Assembly (NCBI RefSeq): GCF_026988555.1
Contig: NZ_JALSLB010000059.1
Location: 21,003 to 85,002, forward strand
Origin: Thermococcus sp.
GTDB lineage: Archaea > Methanobacteriota_B > Thermococci > Thermococcales > Thermococcaceae
Direction: 5' to 3'
Length of the DNA: 64,000 nt
In this document: piece after piece, positions 40,453 through 49,207 of the stretch
Layout: every line of letters begins with the position of its first letter
Numbering within the stretch: the stretch's first letter is position 1
The notes under the pieces: model-generated
What the model was told of the DNA's origin: nothing
The model's database searches: none
What the model saw: the letters and a program-made list of their open reading frames with translations, nothing else
Position numbers and translations under genes: made by a program

Positions 40453-41745
40453 TTACTCAGAAGCTGGGGATGCAACGAGATTGCTGCCGAAGATACCAAA
40501 GAGCACGACAACTAAGGCAAGCACAACCGAACCTATGTATATACCGCCCGCTTTACCGACCACGTACAGTGCATAAATACCCCCTATGATAAAGAGTGAT
40601 ATCACCACGGCAGCAACGGCGAGCACCGCAGAGGAGGGCTTTTCTCTGCCCCCGATAACCGGGTAGAGCTCAAAGATCGCGGTGAAGAACGTTGCTATGG
40701 TGACGGCCTTCAGTGTCATCTCTGCAAGACTGGCGGGGGAGTCAAGGATCCCAATTGCAAAGGCCGCTAGAGTGATGTAGAGGGCCGCTTTGTTTCTCCC
40801 TGTATGCAGGAAAGCCTCCACCGACTGCAGGCCTACCTCTGCGGCTGGCAGGATGCTGGTGAGACCGGCCATGAATATGGACAGTGCGAAGAGGGCAAGC
40901 AGAGCCGGGTGCCCAGACAGTATTGTGGGCAGATCCTTCATTAGGTTTATGGCCCCCTCCTCACCACCGTAGACGTACTTGAGGAACCTGGCCGGGGTTG
41001 ATGGGGCGAGTGCGTAGATAACTATGAACGTTGATACGATGCTGACGATAAACTGGACCAGGATACCAACGCCTATAATGACCTTCGCGTTGAAGCGCTC
41101 GTTCATGAAGCTTCCGAGCATCAAATAGAAGGCAAAACCCAGGCCGACACCATAGATCGCCCGTGATGCGGCGTCCTTTATCATGGAAAGGCTGACACCC
41201 ACGTGAGCAGACATCATGTGCTTACCCATGCCCAGAAAAGTTGCACCCTGGGGAATCTGCATCCTGAAGACTATCGCCGTGAGGAATATCACCACCAGGA
41301 AGAACACCGAACCGGTGGCCATCACCAGGAAGGTCTTCTCCTTCGCCCTCGTTATAACCAGGTACACCAGAGCCAGCATCAGAACCTTTGCGATCAGCCT
41401 GCCAGCGGCACCGATTCCAACCAGGGGCGCTATAAGGGACAGCATAACGTTGGCCGTGTAATAGGACAGGAAGAGCACTATGGTAACCACTATTGCCATC
41501 AACAGGGCTGGCTTCTGAAGGACCTTGTTGTAAAGTTCGGCGAAGTAGTAACCCGATTTCATGACTTTCTCCGCCTCAAGGATTGCCACGTACGTGAACA
41601 GCGCCAGGAACACCACGTGCACCGCAAGTCCCGTCACTCCGTACCGAAGCCAGAACTGAGGGAAAAGACCTATACTCCCGATTCCAGTTGCAAAACCTGC
41701 AACCAGGAACATTAGGTATATTGACCACTTGTTTATTTCATTCAT
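40453..41745 (-). CDS. Sodium-dependent transporter (NSS/SNF family-like)
   Basis: 430 aa from the ATG at 41745, which follows GGGGGTGA. It has about 11-12 TM helices. The N-terminal GFATGIGSIGLFPQF resembles the NSS motif G-x-A-V-G-L-G-N-x-W-R-F-P. Confidence 0.7.
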   Translation of the reverse strand: MNEINKWSIYLMFLVAGFATGIGSIGLFPQFWLRYGVTGLAVHVVFLALFTYVAILEAEKVMKSGYYFAELYNKVLQKPALLMAIVVTIVLFLSYYTANVMLSLIAPLVGIGAAGRLIAKVLMLALVYLVITRAKEKTFLVMATGSVFFLVVIFLTAIVFRMQIPQGATFLGMGKHMMSAHVGVSLSMIKDAASRAIYGVGLGFAFYLMLGSFMNERFNAKVIIGVGILVQFIVSIVSTFIVIYALAPSTPARFLKYVYGGEEGAINLMKDLPTILSGHPALLALFALSIFMAGLTSILPAAEVGLQSVEAFLHTGRNKAALYITLAAFAIGILDSPASLAEMTLKAVTIATFFTAIFELYPVIGGREKPSSAVLAVAAVVISLFIIGGIYALYVVGKAGGIYIGSVVLALVVVLFGIFGSNLVASPASE

Positions 41746-41869
41746 AATTTCACCCCCAAAGTATAGTCTAAGATAGAGGGAGTTTATCCTTAAAAAATTA
41801 ACCCATACAACATCAGAAAAAGCTAACAGAACGTTACTTTTGTCCAAAATAGTTAAAAAAAGTGTAAAA

Positions 41870-44389
41870 CTAACCTTTCAGGTCCCGCCATTTGATCAGA
41901 CCGAGGAGGAACCTATGGGGCAGCTTCTCGTGGTGCGGATAGATCCTAAGGGAACACGACCAGCACGGGTCTCCCAGATGCTTGAGGGCGTTGCCCCGAT
42001 AGTGGTAAAGCCAGCGACCATTTTCAAGCTTCTCCGGGTGCCGGAGTTCTATTACGTGAGGAGTCTCAATGCCGTAGCCCCCCTTGTACACCCCGCAGTA
42101 GAGCTCCAGTTTAACGTCCTCGGGGTTCAAGCCGTCCAGGTACACCGTCGCCTCCAGACCGCTCCTGTCCTCTACGTCCACACTTTCTATAACCACTCCT
42201 CCCCAGGATGCAGTCACACGATCCTTCCAGGCCGCTATGTCCTTTGCACCGCGATAATTCTCCCTTGTAAGCCAGATGTGGTTGCTCATGGCCTTTGAGT
42301 AGAACTTGTCCATGTACTCCTTCACCATCCGGTGGGTGCTGAAGCGCGGGGCCACACTCTTTATGCTCTCCTTCATCATGTATATCCAGCGTTCGCGGTT
42401 GTCGTAGTAAGTTGGGACTACCTCCCGCTCCAAGAGGGTGTAAAGGCTTTCCGCGTCATTGACATCGTCCGCCTCAATCTCAGGTTCGGTGCTCTCGTCA
42501 CCGATCACCCAGCCGTTCTTGCCGTTGTACCCCTCGACCCACCAGCCGTCGTAGATGCTAACGTTCAGAACACCGTTAAGACCGGCCTTCATGCCGCTTG
42601 TTCCACTGGCTTCCATGGGTCTGCGCGGGTTGTTGAGCCACACATCAACGCCAGCCACCATCAGCCTGGCGCTGCCCATGTCGTAGTTCTCCATGACGAA
42701 TATCTTGCCCCTGAACTCCGGCATCTGGGAGACCTCGTAGACCCTGCGGAGGAACTCCTTGCCGGCCTCGTCGCGCGGGTGGGCCTTCCCACCGAACACA
42801 ATGTACACCGGTCTATCTGGATCGTTGAGGATCTTCTTCAGCCGCTCAAGGTTGGTCAGCAACAGCGTTGCCCGCTTGTAAGTGGCGAAACGCCTCGCAA
42901 ACCCAATGATTAAGGCGTTCTCGTCTACGGCGGGTATAGGATCTTCTATCCCCAGTCGTTTATTCCTCTCGATGGCTTTCCTCCTGAGAAGTTCAAGGAA
43001 CCTCCTCTTGGCCTCCAGGTGGGCCTCCCAGAGCTCTCCGTCCGGTATCCTCTCAACCGCGTACCATATGCCCTCGATGTTGGTGTGCTCACGCCATACC
43101 TTCCCTATGTAACGGTCGAAGAGCTTCCTCATCTCGTTGTGGACCCAGGTCATCGTGTGAACGCCGTTTGTGATGCCCTCGATGGGTATCTCGCTTATCG
43201 GAACGTCCGGCCAGAGGTCCTTCCACATCCTCTTGCTAACCTCTGCATGAAGCCGGCTGACACCGTTTACGTAGCTGGATGTCCTGATTGCAAGTAGGGT
43301 CATGTTTATCTGATCCTTCTCTCTTCCGAGTTCCATGAGCTTTTCATCCTGTCCCTCCAAGAACCTGGCGAGACGCCGTTTGACCTCCCCCACAGGGAAC
43401 CTGTCGTGACCGGCAGGAACCGGCGTATGGGTCGTGAAAACGGTCGTGCCCCTAACGATGCTCAACGCCTCCGTGAAGGTCAGCCCACCTTCCATGTACC
43501 AGACAATCCTCTGAAGGTTGGCGAAGGCTGGGTGTCCCTCATTGAGATGTACAACACTAGGCTCAACCCCCATAGCCCTGAGGAGCCTCATCCCACCAAT
43601 ACCGAGGAGAATCTCCTGCTTTATACGTTTGTCCATTTCAGCGTTGTAGAGGTGATCGCAGATGGTCCTGTCATCGTCCTGGTTCTCAGGTACATCCGTA
43701 TCGAGAAGGTACAGTTTGATCCTACCAACGTTGACCTCAAAGGCCCTGGCGTAGACAATCCTGCCCTCAATCGGGATCTCCATCAGAAGCTTCTTGCCCT
43801 CTCTGTTGAGAACCGGTTTAATGGGCATTTCTTCGGGCCGATACTCCGGGAACACCTCTCTCTGCCTTCCCTCTGCATCAATCTCCTGGCGGAAGTAGCC
43901 GTGTTTGTACAGGAGCCCAACGGCTATGAAGGGCAACCCAAGGTCGCTGGCGGTCTTAACGTGGTCACCCGCAAGAATTCCAAGTCCACCTGAGTAAATC
44001 GGAAGGCTCCTGCTTATCCCGTATTCCATGCAGAGGTAGACGATCGGTTTGTCCCACTTTGGATAGTTGGTCGAGAACCAGGTGGATTCCGGCTTCATAT
44101 ATCTCTCAAACTGATCCATGACCAGCTCGTAAAGGTTCATGAAGTTGTCGTCCCGCAGGAGTTCAAGGAGACGATCCTCTGGAAGGTCCAGAAGGAGCTT
44201 GACCGGGTTTTTGTATTCCCTCCAGTGCTCGGGGTCCATGTACTCCCAGAGCTTGGTGGCACGCCTGTTCCAGCTCCACCAGTAATTATAAGCCAGATCC
44301 ACAAGCCCCCTGAGGGGATGCGGCAGTTTCATCTTGATCGCATCGTACACGCCGGTATCGGTTTCCGCCATTGGGATCACCTGTATCAT
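41870..44389 (-). CDS. malP: Alpha-glucan (maltodextrin/glycogen) phosphorylase, GT35
   Basis: 839 aa, with SGGLGILAGDH and the PLP-site region EASGTSGMKAGLNG. The start may instead be the ATG at 44371 (MAETDTG...), because a regulatory palindrome covers 44384-44400. Confidence 0.93.
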   Translation of the reverse strand: MIQVIPMAETDTGVYDAIKMKLPHPLRGLVDLAYNYWWSWNRRATKLWEYMDPEHWREYKNPVKLLLDLPEDRLLELLRDDNFMNLYELVMDQFERYMKPESTWFSTNYPKWDKPIVYLCMEYGISRSLPIYSGGLGILAGDHVKTASDLGLPFIAVGLLYKHGYFRQEIDAEGRQREVFPEYRPEEMPIKPVLNREGKKLLMEIPIEGRIVYARAFEVNVGRIKLYLLDTDVPENQDDDRTICDHLYNAEMDKRIKQEILLGIGGMRLLRAMGVEPSVVHLNEGHPAFANLQRIVWYMEGGLTFTEALSIVRGTTVFTTHTPVPAGHDRFPVGEVKRRLARFLEGQDEKLMELGREKDQINMTLLAIRTSSYVNGVSRLHAEVSKRMWKDLWPDVPISEIPIEGITNGVHTMTWVHNEMRKLFDRYIGKVWREHTNIEGIWYAVERIPDGELWEAHLEAKRRFLELLRRKAIERNKRLGIEDPIPAVDENALIIGFARRFATYKRATLLLTNLERLKKILNDPDRPVYIVFGGKAHPRDEAGKEFLRRVYEVSQMPEFRGKIFVMENYDMGSARLMVAGVDVWLNNPRRPMEASGTSGMKAGLNGVLNVSIYDGWWVEGYNGKNGWVIGDESTEPEIEADDVNDAESLYTLLEREVVPTYYDNRERWIYMMKESIKSVAPRFSTHRMVKEYMDKFYSKAMSNHIWLTRENYRGAKDIAAWKDRVTASWGGVVIESVDVEDRSGLEATVYLDGLNPEDVKLELYCGVYKGGYGIETPHVIELRHPEKLENGRWLYHYRGNALKHLGDPCWSCSLRIYPHHEKLPHRFLLGLIKWRDLKG

Positions 44390-44400
44390 TATGGGTGATA
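44384..44400. promoter_or_regulatory. Thermococcales glycolytic motif (TGM; Tgr/TrmBL1 operator) at the malP start
   Basis: TATCAT-tatgg-GTGATA matches the consensus TATCAC-N5-GTGATA at 11 of 12 positions. It lies about 20 nt downstream of the TATA-like CTTTTTAAGG (minus strand, 44416-44427). Confidence 0.6.
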
Positions 44401-44473
44401 CTAAAATGGAACCGTCCTTAAAAAGCCTTGCCGCTCGTCAGATGACGAAAGTGAGAGTAGATAGAAAGGGCCA

Positions 44474-46348
44474 TCAGGCACCTTCAAGAACGAAAGGACT
44501 GATGTAGTCACCGTGCCTCTCCCTGGCCTCAAGGAGGCGTTTCCTTTCCTCTTCAAGGATGGTGAACAGCTCCTCTGGAACGTTATCGAGCTCTCTGTAG
44601 ATTCTCTCGATGCGGTCTATCTTGGCTAGAAGCTCAGGGACTCGTATGGTGAACTGCTTCTCGTAGGCCTCCCTGCTGTAATCTTTGTTAAGAACCTCCT
44701 TGAAGAGTCTCCTGAGGTCCTCGTACTTCGGAACGTAACCTATCGGGGTCTCTACCGCACCAACGTCGCCGTGAACACGGAGCTCCATCCACTTGAGCCA
44801 TACCCCTTTGTCCAGCTTGTGGTTGAGCCAGTTGCCGTTTTCGTCGCGGAGGAAATAGTTCACGGCGAATACCTTCGGTGTCCGCCTAACCCTCCCCTCG
44901 AAGTCTAGGTAGTTCCTTATGTAGTCACCGAGGTGAACGCTCATGAAGTCCAGAATGGCCATCGGATTGAAGGCACGAACCCCCTCTTTGCCGAGGGTTG
45001 CCGCCGTGGTCTCGCTCTCAAGTGAGGCACCCATAGTTACCACGCCGTGCTTCCAGTCGAAGGCCTCCCTGACCGGTGGCCAGGTGTCCTTGTCGCGACC
45101 GCCGAAAATCATTCCACCTATTTCGACGCCGCAGGGGTTCTCCAAGGCCTCAACGTCGGCGTTTGGGAAATGTTCGAGCGAAACGGTGAAGCGCGCGTTC
45201 TTGTGGCTCGGGGGTATCTCATTTCCTTCCGCATCTTTCTTACCCTTCCACCACTTCCCGCTGTGGTTCTCCCCCTCGTCTGGAATCTTAATCCCCATCT
45301 CGTTCCAGTAGGGCTTGCCGTCCTTGACGAGAACGTTAGAGAAGATTATCTCGACGGGGGAATGGAGTATACCCCATATTATCGGGTCATCCTCCGGGTT
45401 GACACCCTGAATGATGCCGAAGACACCCTTCTCGACGTTGGCACCCCTGGCGACGCCGTTGACGGGCAGGATGAAGCTCAGATCGTCACCAACGATGTTT
45501 TCCCAGCTTATCATGGCTGTGGAAGTCTTCCCACACATGCTCGGGTAAGCACCGGTGAAGTAGGTTTTCCTGCCGTTCGGACCGTTCACACGCATCAGGA
45601 ACATGTGTTCGCTGAGCCAGCCCTCCCTGACGGCCCTGTTAATTGTGAGACGAAAAGCCGGCTTCTTGAGGCCTATAGTGTTCCCACCATACTGGGTGTT
45701 GACGGAGTAGACAGTCTCGTCCTCCAAGTCTATGTAGACCCTCCTTCTATCGAGGTTCTTGCTGGTTTTTCTCCCGTCGAGCTTGCCCTCGCTGTGGACG
45801 AATCGGAAGAACCTCGCGCTCCTTCCCAGCCTTCTAAACTCCTCATAGCCCTTCCGATACAGGAGAAACTCCGAGTGGGCGACATAGGCGGAATCTGTGA
45901 GCTGAACTGCTGGAATAGAAAATACCGAATTCCTTGGTCCAAGGACAAAAAAACACACAAAGAGTTCCTTGTCCACCATTATACCTTTCATGAGCTCCTT
46001 TATCTCCCTAAGTCCCTCCTCCCTGCCCTTAGTGTTGAGGTACGGGAGTGGTTCTCCACCGGGTGTCAGGATAGCCGTGTTGGCCTTATCTCTGGCCTGA
46101 TCGTAGTAGTTGTCGTAGTGGACAGTGTGGTTAGGTGTTTCAAGGAGCTTTTCCTCCCCGTAGTAGAGGGCCTTCCACTTAACGTACTCCTCATCCTCCG
46201 CACTGTCTGTGCAGACGAAGACCCTGCTAGGTCCGAGCCATTCAATCCACTCCGCCAAGAAAGTGTGAAGCTCGGGGTTGTCTATCGCCTTTATCTTCTC
46301 AAATTGCGCCTCGTCCAGGAGATTCTTAAGCCTCTCAAGAGGTTCCAT
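44474..46348 (-). CDS. pckG: Phosphoenolpyruvate carboxykinase (GTP)
   Basis: 624 aa from the ATG at 46348, which follows GGAGGCGG. It contains the GTP-PEPCK kinase-1a motif GAYPSMCGKTS and FGGRDKD, and the length fits the family. Confidence 0.93.
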   Translation of the reverse strand: MEPLERLKNLLDEAQFEKIKAIDNPELHTFLAEWIEWLGPSRVFVCTDSAEDEEYVKWKALYYGEEKLLETPNHTVHYDNYYDQARDKANTAILTPGGEPLPYLNTKGREEGLREIKELMKGIMVDKELFVCFFVLGPRNSVFSIPAVQLTDSAYVAHSEFLLYRKGYEEFRRLGRSARFFRFVHSEGKLDGRKTSKNLDRRRVYIDLEDETVYSVNTQYGGNTIGLKKPAFRLTINRAVREGWLSEHMFLMRVNGPNGRKTYFTGAYPSMCGKTSTAMISWENIVGDDLSFILPVNGVARGANVEKGVFGIIQGVNPEDDPIIWGILHSPVEIIFSNVLVKDGKPYWNEMGIKIPDEGENHSGKWWKGKKDAEGNEIPPSHKNARFTVSLEHFPNADVEALENPCGVEIGGMIFGGRDKDTWPPVREAFDWKHGVVTMGASLESETTAATLGKEGVRAFNPMAILDFMSVHLGDYIRNYLDFEGRVRRTPKVFAVNYFLRDENGNWLNHKLDKGVWLKWMELRVHGDVGAVETPIGYVPKYEDLRRLFKEVLNKDYSREAYEKQFTIRVPELLAKIDRIERIYRELDNVPEELFTILEEERKRLLEARERHGDYISPFVLEGA

Positions 46349-46555
46349 GTTACCGCCTCCGCTAAGCCTAGGTCGATGTATTAAAATAGTTTGCCGTGAT
46401 AACAATGGACATCCATGGACCTAAATGGCCATCTCACGAGACCACCCGACCGATGCCAAAGGCTAAAGGGTCATGAATGCACTGATTTATCCACAAGAGC
46501 GCAAAAGATATTAATAGGAAGAGCCCTAAAGAAAAGATGAACTGGCACAATCTTT

Positions 46556-46572
46556 AAACACTAACGGTGATA
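46556..46572. promoter_or_regulatory. TGM-like palindrome upstream of the phosphohexomutase-like gene
   Basis: AAACAC-taacg-GTGATA matches the TGM consensus at 10 of 12 positions. It overlaps the 3' edge of the TATA-like TCTTTAAAC (46551-46559), 21 nt before the ATG. Confidence 0.35.
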
Positions 46573-46592
46573 CATTGATGGAGGTGCAGTGA

Positions 46593-47297
46593 ATGGAGGT
46601 ATATTACTCAGAGCGTTTCAACCCCGAAGAACTGGCACTTCTGGGGCGGGCTATAGGAACCGTTTCCCACGGCACGATAATCGTTGGGAGAGATGGGCGG
46701 GCTATATCAAGGTATGGGAAACGTGCGATGGTGGTCGGTATAGTGAGCACCGGTTCAACCATAATGGACGTTCGTCTGATCCCCCTGATAGCACTCAAAG
46801 ACTTCGCTCACAGAAAAGGGCTTCCCCTGGCGTACGTCTACTACGACGGAGGTATCAGGGTGTTCGTGAGTGGCATTGACAGCGATGAGATAGACGCCAT
46901 ACTTGAAAGCAGGAGTTTCATAGAGGCGCATCCCAACGACATAGGGGCGACGGTCTACTATCCCAACGCCATGGACGACTTCATCCACGAACTGCTCAAG
47001 CACTACAACTTTAAAATGAAGGGAAAAGCCCTCGTTGATGCCATGAACACCCCCGCAGTCCTCTTCTTCCCAAGGCTAAACGAGCACCTGGGGTTTGAGG
47101 TTGAGCTGCTGAACGATATGATGACGAGCTATATACCACCGAAGCCGAAGCAGGTGTTTCTGCAGAAGATGCACAAGGGTGACTACAGTCTCGGACTGCG
47201 GTTCAGACCGGATGGGATAGTGGAACTGCACAGAGAGGGCGGGGAAGAAGAGTTCGGGAGCATGTGGGCGCTGATCGACCGCCTAAAGAAGCTCTAG
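46593..47297 (+). CDS. Phosphoglucomutase/phosphomannomutase-related protein, short form lacking the catalytic Ser loop
   Basis: 234 aa with RBS GGAGGTG. IVGRDGRAISRYGKRAMVVGIVSTGSTIMDVRLIPLIAL aligns with PGM/PMM domain I, but the TASHNP-type loop is replaced by VYYDGGIRVF. Confidence 0.65.
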   Translation: MEVYYSERFNPEELALLGRAIGTVSHGTIIVGRDGRAISRYGKRAMVVGIVSTGSTIMDVRLIPLIALKDFAHRKGLPLAYVYYDGGIRVFVSGIDSDEIDAILESRSFIEAHPNDIGATVYYPNAMDDFIHELLKHYNFKMKGKALVDAMNTPAVLFFPRLNEHLGFEVELLNDMMTSYIPPKPKQVFLQKMHKGDYSLGLRFRPDGIVELHREGGEEEFGSMWALIDRLKKL

Positions 47298-47398
47298 ACC
47301 TCTTGTTTATTTAAACCCCCTAAAATTTTTAATGGAAAAGCATTAAAAAGGAGCCCGTTTAATAACTCCGATTCCTTTTGGGGGTGGCATCTGTGGGA

Positions 47399-48016
47399 AT
47401 GTTCATTGTGATGGAAGGCATCGATGGGGCAGGTAAATCAACTCAGGCAAGACTTCTGGCAGAATGGTTTGAGGAACAGGGGTATGAAACAGTTTTAACC
47501 AAGGAACCCACTGACACCGCCTTCGGAAAATTAATAAGGCGGCTTGTACTAACCGGGGGACGAGAGGGGATAATCGACGGTGCTCGAATAAGTCACGAAG
47601 CTGAGGCCCTCCTTTTTGCCGCCGACAGGGCGGAGCACGTTCACAAACTGATAAAACCCTCGGTGGAATCCGGTAAGGTTGTGATCTCGGACCGTTATTT
47701 TTACTCCTCGCTCGCATACCAGTGGGCGAGGGGCCTGGACCTAGAATGGCTGGTGGATCTGAACCGGTTTGCGATTCGCCCGGACCTCACCGTACTGCTC
47801 GACCTCCCCGTTAAGGAGAGCATGAAGCGAATAAACGGCAGGAGCATAAAGACAGAATTCGATAAGATAGCGGAGCTTCAAAAGAAGGTTAGGGAGAACT
47901 ACCTACAGCTTGCAAAACGCTTTCCAGAGGTTAGGATAGTCAACGCCTTAGCGGACGTAGAGGACATACACAACGACATAGTGGCACTGGTTGAGCATGA
48001 GGTTCTCAAAAAATAA
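47399..48016 (+). CDS. tmk: Thymidylate kinase
   Basis: 205 aa from the ATG at 47399. P-loop [15 protein letters not shown], with the [11 protein letters not shown] motif. Confidence 0.9.
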   Translation: MFIVMEGIDGAGKSTQARLLAEWFEEQGYETVLTKEPTDTAFGKLIRRLVLTGGREGIIDGARISHEAEALLFAADRAEHVHKLIKPSVESGKVVISDRYFYSSLAYQWARGLDLEWLVDLNRFAIRPDLTVLLDLPVKESMKRINGRSIKTEFDKIAELQKKVRENYLQLAKRFPEVRIVNALADVEDIHNDIVALVEHEVLKK

Positions 48017-48017
48017 C

Positions 48018-48082
48018 GGGGTCGGCCAGTGCCAGTCTCTTCATCCGGTAGCTATCAGACCGGTAAACGTTCTTCATCCCCC
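48018..48082 (-). ncRNA. Candidate C/D box sRNA (2'-O-methylation guide)
   Basis: The minus strand reads GGGG-g-ATGAAGA(C)-acgtttaccggt(12 nt)-CTGA(D')-tagctaccgg-ATGAAGA(C')-gactggcactgg(12 nt)-CCGA(D)-CCCC, then GTTATTTTTT. The terminal 4-bp stem (GGGG/CCCC) is placed correctly for a K-turn. The TATA lies about 25 nt upstream. Confidence 0.55.
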
Positions 48083-48100
48083 ACCCCTCATTCGTCGGTT

Positions 48101-48113
48101 GCTTTTTAAAAGG
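48101..48113. promoter_or_regulatory. Near-palindromic TATA element apparently serving both divergent sRNAs
   Basis: GCTTTTTAAAAGG is centred at about 48107. That is 24-25 nt from the predicted 5' ends of both sRNA candidates (48082 on the minus strand, 48131/48132 on the plus strand). Confidence 0.5.
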
Positions 48114-48131
48114 TTCCCACGAAAGGTATCC

Positions 48132-48189
48132 GGCCGATGACGAGCGTTAGCCACGCTGAGCGGTGAGGAGAAGAGGGGTAGCGGAGGCC
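48132..48189 (+). ncRNA. Candidate C/D box sRNA (2'-O-methylation guide)
   Basis: GGCC-g-ATGACGA(C)-gcgttagccacg(12 nt)-CTGA(D')-gcg-GTGAGGA(C')-gaagaggggtag(12 nt)-CGGA(D)-GGCC, followed by a T5 tract at 48201-48205. C-box position 5 (U to C) and D-box position 2 (U to G) change together, turning the usual U.U pair into C-G. Confidence 0.6.
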
Positions 48190-48322
48190 TCAAATTGAAA
48201 TTTTTGGAGGGTGTTGACCTTCAAAAAACCGAAACAAAATGTCGCCAAAGGGAGGTACTCTGAACCTCAGAATTCCATGGGGGTTTAAATGCCCAACACC
48301 GCCTTCACCAGTGGGTGGTGAG

Positions 48323-49207
48323 ATGAAGGCACTGATGGTCAAAAACCTGAGTAAGAGCTACGGCGAGATCGAAGTCCTGAAAGGAATAACCCTTGAGGTT
48401 GAGGAGGGGGAGGTCTTCGCGCTCCTCGGGCCGAACGGGGCCGGAAAAACGACCCTCATCCGGATCCTGGCCGAGGGGCTTGGGTACGACTCCGGTGAGG
48501 TCCTCGTTTTTGAAAGGCCTATTTCAAAGGAAACTTCGGCACTTGTGGGATACGTCCCACAGGAGAGCATAGCCTACGACGTTCTAACAGTCAGAGAAAA
48601 CCTCAGATTTTACGCTGATCTCTACGACGCCCCACAGACGGGAATCGATGAGCTGGTCGAAGAGTTCAACCTCCCAGAGGGAAAGAAAGCTAAGGAATTA
48701 AGCGGTGGGCAGAGGAAAAAGCTCAACCTGGCCATAGCGCTCCTTCACGAGCCCAGGATTCTAATCCTCGACGAACCCTCAAACGGCCTCGACGTTCCAG
48801 CTAGGAGGGAACTGTGGGAGATAATCCTCGGCTTCAAGAGAGCCGGGAGGACGGTAATTATAGCGACCCACTACATGGAGGAGGCAGAGAGACTGGCCGA
48901 CAGGGTGGCCATAATGGACGGGGGGAACGTCATAGCGGTTGGAACCGTCAAGGGGCTCAAAGAGCTGGTTGGGGATGGAAGCGTCATCCACGTTGAGGGC
49001 GTTCTGAGGGTTGAGGGGCTACCGGAGAGCGTTGAGGTTCTCGAAAACGCAGAGGGTTTAAGACTCAGAGTGAACGACCCTCGGCAGGAACTTCCCGGGA
49101 TAATAGAAGCCCTTGTGAAAGCGGGGAGCAGAATTAAGCTCCTCAGGATTGAAGAGCCGACACTTGAAGATGTCTTCGTGAAACTGACTGGGAGGGAATT
49201 GGAATGA
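48323..49207 (+). CDS. ABC transporter ATP-binding protein (ABC-2 / DrrA-like exporter type)
   Basis: 294 aa from the ATG at 48323, which follows GGTGGTGAG. Walker A GPNGAGKTT, signature LSGGQRKK and Walker B ILILDEPS are present. TATA-like GGTTTAAATG at about 48286. Confidence 0.9.
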   Translation: MKALMVKNLSKSYGEIEVLKGITLEVEEGEVFALLGPNGAGKTTLIRILAEGLGYDSGEVLVFERPISKETSALVGYVPQESIAYDVLTVRENLRFYADLYDAPQTGIDELVEEFNLPEGKKAKELSGGQRKKLNLAIALLHEPRILILDEPSNGLDVPARRELWEIILGFKRAGRTVIIATHYMEEAERLADRVAIMDGGNVIAVGTVKGLKELVGDGSVIHVEGVLRVEGLPESVEVLENAEGLRLRVNDPRQELPGIIEALVKAGSRIKLLRIEEPTLEDVFVKLTGRELE

